Source: Candidatus Hermodarchaeota archaeon (GTDB lineage: Archaea; Asgardarchaeota; Heimdallarchaeia; Hodarchaeales; Hodarchaeaceae). From it: a stretch of 32,000 nucleotides of DNA. Under the pieces are notes generated by a model. It was not told where the DNA came from. It saw only the letters and a program-made list of their open reading frames with translations, and did not search any database. Location of the stretch: assembly GCA_048886185.1 (NCBI GenBank), contig JBHLKY010000009.1, positions 120,001-152,000 on the forward strand, in the 5' to 3' direction. A program made the position numbers and the translations under genes. This document shows positions 26,853 through 32,000 of this stretch, piece after piece (the stretch's first letter is position 1; each line of letters starts with the position of its first letter).

Positions 26853-27596
26853 ATGGTTCACTTTCAAGTTATTTTTTTTAATGCTGGAGGAACACTCCTT
26901 CAATTAAAAGGTACAACCTTACCTATACTTTATTCGGAAAAAATCTCTGAAATTCTTGATAAAAAGATATCCTCTGAAGATACCTATCAAGCATTCAGAA
27001 AAGCGGAGTCATGGGTTCTTACACGAAAGATACCGGGAGGATTATTCTCCGATTTGGATCAGCGGAAATATCAAAATGTTTTTTATGGTCACTTAGGAAT
27101 AACTAGTAGAAAAGAAATAAATAAAATTGAAAGAAAAATCGCTGAAGAGATTGTATTTGATTCTTCTAGATTTGTACTGGAAAATGATGCAATTCAGGTA
27201 CTTCAGTTATTGAAAACAAAATACCAACTAGGGATTATTTCGAACTGGGATGATTCCTTACTGGAAATTTTGCAAGATTTTAAAATATATGACTTTTTTG
27301 ATTCAATTACTCTTTCAGAGGACATTGGAGCTAATAAACCAGATTTAGATATTTTTAGTGCTGCCCTAGATGATTTTCCTGAAGTTAAACCCAAAGAAAC
27401 TGTTTATATTGGTGATGAGTACCAAAGTGATGTTCTTCCCGCCCAAAAATTAAAAATATTTGCTATTCTATTTGACAAAGGTCCTTCTGGAATGCATGGA
27501 CGGCCTTTTCAACCCGATGTAAGCTGCCCTAGAATCACAGAGTTGATAGAATTACCAAAAATTCTTTTCAGACATACCACTGGTAACAAACATTAA
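26853..27596 (+). CDS. HAD-superfamily hydrolase-like protein (REG-2/HDHD3-like), motif I Asp replaced by Asn
   Basis: FFNAGGTL (motif I position), ISNWD (II), KPD (III), IGDEYQSDV (IV). ATG 26853 fits the usual HAD N-terminus; ORF-track start 26751 is probably over-extended. Confidence 0.85.
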   Translation: MVHFQVIFFNAGGTLLQLKGTTLPILYSEKISEILDKKISSEDTYQAFRKAESWVLTRKIPGGLFSDLDQRKYQNVFYGHLGITSRKEINKIERKIAEEIVFDSSRFVLENDAIQVLQLLKTKYQLGIISNWDDSLLEILQDFKIYDFFDSITLSEDIGANKPDLDIFSAALDDFPEVKPKETVYIGDEYQSDVLPAQKLKIFAILFDKGPSGMHGRPFQPDVSCPRITELIELPKILFRHTTGNKH

Positions 27597-27685
27597 AATT
27601 CAATAAAAATTGAGAGCAAGAGAATACATTTAATTAAAAATGTTTTAATCTATGGATAAATAATCCCGTTTATAGAGGGAAAAAA

Positions 27686-29860
27686 ATGTATGGAGATCTG
27701 TCCCCCCAGATAAAACTGCTTTTTCCTGGAAAGGAAGGCCATCTATTCTCTGTTATGCGAGTTGCATCGTTTCATAGTTCCCCAAGATTTGCTTCAAGCT
27801 CTTTTGATGGAACAGTTAGAATTTGGGAGGATCTGAAACAGAAAAAGGTTCTATTTTTTTTCTCTGAGGCTATTGAAGGTCTTTCAATAACTCCTGATGA
27901 CAGTAAAATCATTGTAGTTCTCGCAGACTCCTCTAAATGTTTTCTTTACAATCTAATTGAGGAACAGATGAATGAAATTGGGAGTGGACTAGCTTTTCGG
28001 AATATTCTGGGAACAAATCAGAGTGGTACAAAAACTGCTTTAGTTACGTTCAATGATGAGGTTTATATTTATCACCATGCCTCCCAAAAACTAAGTCCGC
28101 GAATTTTTGTAGAAAATGTTTCAGGTAATTCTCTAATTTGGGTGGATGATGATGTTTTGTGCATTCCCAAAAGAAATGGCAATGTAGTTCTAATCAATAG
28201 CGTAAAAAGAAGTATTGAGCAAGAGATTCCTGTACACGATGGGCTTATCACTTCAATATGTAGAGATGGGGAGAGAATTGTAACTGTATCTGAAGATGGT
28301 ACTGGAAAATTCCTAGATCTAGATTTTAACCCACAATTTGGATTTAAAATAGAATTCACTCCTATTTCTGTTGACTATCGGGCTCAAGCTGGAATAGCGG
28401 TAGTTACTGGTGAAAGAAAGATGCTTCTAGTTAATACAAACACCGGAGAGATCTTAAGCCATGATCACAGCCTATCGGGGTGTAACACAGTTATTACTTT
28501 GGACTCGAAAATTATTAAGGGAACTGGTGAGCATAATATCTCTATTTTCTCCCTCACAGGAGAACCAATTTCCCAGATTAGTGGTCACTCTCATACTGCC
28601 GAGTTTGTGTCTTTCTTGGGAAAAAGTAATATTATTTTTGCCTCAGGAGATAATCAAGTACATCAATTAAACTATTCAACAGGTCAGGATCAGATATTAG
28701 CTAAACACAATGAAACGGTCTCCTCTGTTTTATTCCTTCGTTCAAAAAATTTTGTCATCGCGGGAAGTTTTGATGATACTATTAGTATTTGGGATCTTAC
28801 AAACCAATCGGAAGTCAAAAGGATCAAAAAAGTCCCTCTAGTCACAGCTTTAGCAAAATCTCCATCTGAGGACATTTTTGTTGCAGCATGTAGTGGAGAC
28901 AACACTTTGCATGTTTTCACTTCTGAGGGAAAAAGGCAAACAAACTGGGCTGCTCATGATGATTTTATAAGTTCTGTTTTCTTCATGAACGATGAAGTCA
29001 TCATTTCAGGTAGTGATGATGGACTCATTAAATTTTGGAAGCGTAATGGAAAATTAATTAGTTCGATTGAGACTAAATCGCCAGTAAAATCAATTGGGAC
29101 AACATTGGAATTTGATTATAATGTATCAGGTCACGAAAACGGTGATTTGACTCTTTGGGAGAAAATATCTAATCGGAAAATTAATAGCTATAATGTAAAT
29201 GCTCCTATCCAGCGAATCAAAGTCGTGGATAATACTCTTCTTTTATTTGCAGCTAAAAACAGGTTATATCTTATGCAGATGGATGGGTATCATATTATTA
29301 ACGTTCAAGAGGTGTGTCAGCATACTGATCCTATTCGGGGAATCCTTTGGCAACAAAAACCAGATAAAATTGTCACAGTAGCTCATTCTATCGAAATTTT
29401 TGAAACAACATTTGTTACAGAAAGCGAAATAGTTCCAGTTGTTGAGGAAACAGATTCTTCTTCTACTATAGTCTTTGCTCCAGAAGATTTGGAAGAGAAG
29501 CAAACTGTACCAGAATCAATTTCAAATGGTATTGAATCAGAACAAATCAGAAAGGAAATTCTTACATCTGGTTCCAAAACCATTACTACTACTGATATAG
29601 AGCACTTGGTGAAGATTTCGGAGTATTTGACAACAGTAAATCAACAAATACGAGAAGTCATTATACCAGAACTAAATTCTTTTGGAATAGATGCTAGTGC
29701 ATTAGAGAACTCACTTAATGATGTACAGGAGAAAATAAAGGATCAGTTGACTGAACATGGTAATGAAGAGAGAGGAGTTCAAGAAAAATCAGAGAATATA
29801 CTTTCACAAGAGAAAAAACCTGATTGGACAAGCATTGATTGGGGAAAACGAAAACATTAA
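27686..29860 (+). CDS. WD40 repeat protein (probably two beta-propellers) with an acidic linker and helical C-terminal region
   Basis: Clear WD units: ASSSFDGTVRIWE, VHDGLITSI...VSEDGTGKFLD, HNETVSSV...GSFDDTISIWD, AHDDFISSV...GSDDGLIKFWK. About 580 aa of repeats. Confidence 0.88.
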   Translation: MYGDLSPQIKLLFPGKEGHLFSVMRVASFHSSPRFASSSFDGTVRIWEDLKQKKVLFFFSEAIEGLSITPDDSKIIVVLADSSKCFLYNLIEEQMNEIGSGLAFRNILGTNQSGTKTALVTFNDEVYIYHHASQKLSPRIFVENVSGNSLIWVDDDVLCIPKRNGNVVLINSVKRSIEQEIPVHDGLITSICRDGERIVTVSEDGTGKFLDLDFNPQFGFKIEFTPISVDYRAQAGIAVVTGERKMLLVNTNTGEILSHDHSLSGCNTVITLDSKIIKGTGEHNISIFSLTGEPISQISGHSHTAEFVSFLGKSNIIFASGDNQVHQLNYSTGQDQILAKHNETVSSVLFLRSKNFVIAGSFDDTISIWDLTNQSEVKRIKKVPLVTALAKSPSEDIFVAACSGDNTLHVFTSEGKRQTNWAAHDDFISSVFFMNDEVIISGSDDGLIKFWKRNGKLISSIETKSPVKSIGTTLEFDYNVSGHENGDLTLWEKISNRKINSYNVNAPIQRIKVVDNTLLLFAAKNRLYLMQMDGYHIINVQEVCQHTDPIRGILWQQKPDKIVTVAHSIEIFETTFVTESEIVPVVEETDSSSTIVFAPEDLEEKQTVPESISNGIESEQIRKEILTSGSKTITTTDIEHLVKISEYLTTVNQQIREVIIPELNSFGIDASALENSLNDVQEKIKDQLTEHGNEERGVQEKSENILSQEKKPDWTSIDWGKRKH

Positions 29861-30015
29861 TAGTTCTCAAAAAAACGTAAATTATCAATTGGGGTAAAAT
29901 TATCTAAGATAACACCTAAGTTATTCTTTCTCTAAGAAAATTATTTATGAATCAAAACTGTACATCTGGAAAATTGCCTTGATTAATAACACAAACAATA
30001 ATAGGAAGCTTAAAT

Positions 30016-31092
30016 ATGGAAGAGAGCTCAACTATGTCTAAAGAATTAAATGAAACGTCAGCTGATACACTGAATCAGCCACCTGAAACCAAAATGAAAC
30101 GTTTGGGGGGATATATGAAGGAAACTTTGAAAGAAATGTTCCGTACACTTAGACATCCTGAATTTAAATTTGCAGTCTCAGGAATAATCATTACAATAGT
30201 ATTAATCTTGATTTCGTTATGGTTTCTTATTCATACTGGAGTTGATCCCAACGCAGATCCCGCAATCGATCTAATGAAAATGAATCTTCTCAGCATCCCT
30301 ATAGGATTGCTAATAGCGTTCATGATTATATATTTATGGTTTCTTTTAGGTTTTAAAATTACACCTAGGGCAGCCCACTATTTAGTAGATAATAAGCTTT
30401 TGAAATTATTTTTTACTAGAGGAGACATTCATTACCTTGAATATATTCCTGTAGAGAAAAGGAAAATATCAATGCCTCATATTTTGAACAAATATATTGC
30501 TTTAGTTCTTGCTTGGGTTTCTGTTTCTGCCTTCTTGTTTCAATTATTAGCAAACCTCTTCACAAGTAATGATCCTGGAAAAATACTAAATCCAGAGGAT
30601 CCAATAATATTTTTACTTAGAACGTTAGTATTATTCATACTTGTACCTTTAATATTCACTTTGATCTATCCCCTCTCATGGATGCTAATCGATGCCAGAT
30701 TAAAAGCATACAATTCCGCATCAAAACTTAATTGGCTTGTAGGTACGAGGGTTGCCAATTTAACTGGTGGTTTTATTACTATTGGTTCCTTGGTTTTCAT
30801 AGGAGCAGACGTTCTCAATAGTCCACAGGAAAGAGGTAATTTGATTTTAGGCCTTGTCATTTTTTGTCTGATTCATGTTTCCCTGATCGTAATTCTTGTT
30901 TCTCTATTCTACAACATATTTTTCTATGGGAAATTTTATCAAAGGATTATCGAGGATGTAGAGGTTGGATTCGGAATTACTGATGTTACATTAGTTGATG
31001 AAGAGGGTGAAGCACTTCCTAAAGAACCTGAGTCGAAGCCTGAATTCGAATTGAAACCTGAACCAGAACCTCTTAGATCAGAAGATGAGTGA
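30016..31092 (+). CDS. Polytopic membrane protein with a Glu/Pro-rich C-terminal tail
   Basis: About 6 hydrophobic helices and a C-terminal PKEPESKPEFELKPEPEP low-complexity tail. No family recognised. Confidence 0.65.
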   Translation: MEESSTMSKELNETSADTLNQPPETKMKRLGGYMKETLKEMFRTLRHPEFKFAVSGIIITIVLILISLWFLIHTGVDPNADPAIDLMKMNLLSIPIGLLIAFMIIYLWFLLGFKITPRAAHYLVDNKLLKLFFTRGDIHYLEYIPVEKRKISMPHILNKYIALVLAWVSVSAFLFQLLANLFTSNDPGKILNPEDPIIFLLRTLVLFILVPLIFTLIYPLSWMLIDARLKAYNSASKLNWLVGTRVANLTGGFITIGSLVFIGADVLNSPQERGNLILGLVIFCLIHVSLIVILVSLFYNIFFYGKFYQRIIEDVEVGFGITDVTLVDEEGEALPKEPESKPEFELKPEPEPLRSEDE

Positions 31093-31102
31093 AATTACCA
31101 TC

Positions 31103-31999
31103 TTACTCTTTTTTTCTTTTTTGATATTCTAAGCAGATCTTTACAAATGCCTTGAAAAGTGGAGCAGGTTGTTCAAAACGCGATAAAAACTCTGGATGAA
31201 ATTGTGTTCCTACAAAAAATGGATGATCTGTCAGTTCTCCAATATGAACTACAGAATTATCAGAAGATATTCCAGAGAATGTAAATCCTTTTGCAGCTAT
31301 CTGGGGCATATATTCAGGATTGATTTCATAACGGTGTCGAAAACGCTCTTTTATCTCATTTTTCCCATATATGGCGTGTACTCGGGTTTTTTCTTTAATT
31401 ATCACAGGATATAGTCCAAGCCTCATCGTCCCACCTTTGAGATAAACAGTACGCTGCGAAGGTAAGAGATCAATCACAGGGTAAGGTGTCTCGGGATCAA
31501 ATTCCGTAGAGTTGGCGTTTTCCAGGCCACAGACATTTCTAGCAAACTCAATAACAGCACATTGCAGTCCTAGACAAATTCCTAAGAATGGTAATTTATT
31601 TTCCCGTAATTTTGAGATCAGTGATATCTTCCCCTCGATACCCCGATATCCAAAACCTCCAGGAATAATAATTCCATCGCAAGACTCGACATGGTGATTC
31701 AGGTCCTTATTAGTAATTTCTGTTGTTTCGATGAATACTGGAGTTACTTTTACACCTAGATGAGCTCCAGCGTGAGTCAGTGCTTTAACAATTGAGACAT
31801 AAGCATCTCCGAGTGCCGTGTATTTTCCACCAACACCAATAATCACTTCCCCTATTGGATTTCTGATTTTATCTAAGAGATCACTCCATGCTGAAAGAGA
31901 AGGTAATTTTTTAGGACCCATTTGTAATTTCTTGAATACACTTGCCAGAATTTCTTCTTCTAACAATTGAAAAGGGTACTCATAGATTACCTGGACATC
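31103..31999 (-). CDS. pyrG: CTP synthase, C-terminal glutamine amidotransferase domain (5'-truncated by window edge)
   Basis: Frame is open to the window end (DVQVIYEYPFQL...). GKYT.L.DAY.S, PGGFGYRGIEGKI, GICLGLQ catalytic Cys, GGTMRLG, RFRHRYE, QFHPEF. Confidence 0.97.
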   Translation of the reverse strand, partial: DVQVIYEYPFQLLEEEILASVFKKLQMGPKKLPSLSAWSDLLDKIRNPIGEVIIGVGGKYTALGDAYVSIVKALTHAGAHLGVKVTPVFIETTEITNKDLNHHVESCDGIIIPGGFGYRGIEGKISLISKLRENKLPFLGICLGLQCAVIEFARNVCGLENANSTEFDPETPYPVIDLLPSQRTVYLKGGTMRLGLYPVIIKEKTRVHAIYGKNEIKERFRHRYEINPEYMPQIAAKGFTFSGISSDNSVVHIGELTDHPFFVGTQFHPEFLSRFEQPAPLFKAFVKICLEYQKRKKE

Positions 32000-32000
32000 G

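Noticed and set aside
16515-29878. Identical 13-mer CTCAAAAAAACGT at 16515-16527 and 29866-29878
   Set aside because: Dominated by an A7 run in AT-rich intergenic DNA and with no target-site or mobile-element context. Probably chance or a terminator T-tract.
29900-29912. TTATCT-A-AGATAA short palindrome upstream of the 30016 membrane-protein gene
   Set aside because: Only 6 bp per arm and almost all A/T, so expected by chance at this composition.
14351-31092. Selenocysteine (TGA) recoding in genes ending with TGA
   Set aside because: The recognisable TGA-terminated genes (archease, DUF92, ligA, ipk) end at their expected family C-termini, and I saw no SECIS-like element or truncated redox motif.
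391-31697. About 20 short alternative-frame or antisense ORFs in the track (e.g. 391-615, 4628-4825, 6223-6426, 14927-15190, 17365-17715, 19843-20448, 22308-22607, 28072-29583, 31196-31697)
   Set aside because: All lie within longer genes with recognisable motifs or coherent domain structure, and show no motifs of their own. They are shadow ORFs.
1-32000. CRISPR arrays, tRNA/rRNA genes, IS elements, integrases, defence systems
   Set aside because: No regularly spaced repeats, no GC-rich cloverleaf or rRNA-like tracts, and no transposase, recombinase or nuclease-defence motifs were seen.

Overview
AT-rich, gene-dense archaeal chromosomal segment with about 27 CDS. I see no rRNA, tRNA, CRISPR array, integrase or transposase. 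Archaeal markers (RFC large subunit, archease-RtcB, AbrB-PhoU regulator, isopentenyl phosphate kinase-like protein, PGF-CTERM protein) occur together with two TPR proteins and a double-propeller WD40 protein, which suggests an Asgard archaeon, probably Heimdallarchaeia (inference). Both ends are truncated genes: rfcL at the left, pyrG at the right. Best leads: (1) a co-oriented trio at 6600-11163 of two distantly paralogous surface glycoproteins flanking a membrane-tethered winged-helix regulator, where the first protein shows motif order reminiscent of the eukaryotic lysosomal protein GLMP/NCU-G1; (2) an Asp/Asn-tRNA synthetase with an AsnRS-like scaffold but AspRS-type pocket residues; (3) a bacterial-type NAD-dependent ligase with a PIP-box-like linker insertion; (4) a DUF92 (VTE6-like) gene near an atypical IPK; (5) a HAD protein whose catalytic Asp is Asn; (6) a palindrome and an in-frame post-amber extension upstream of archease-rtcB. 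All family calls come from motif recognition by eye; no searches were run.
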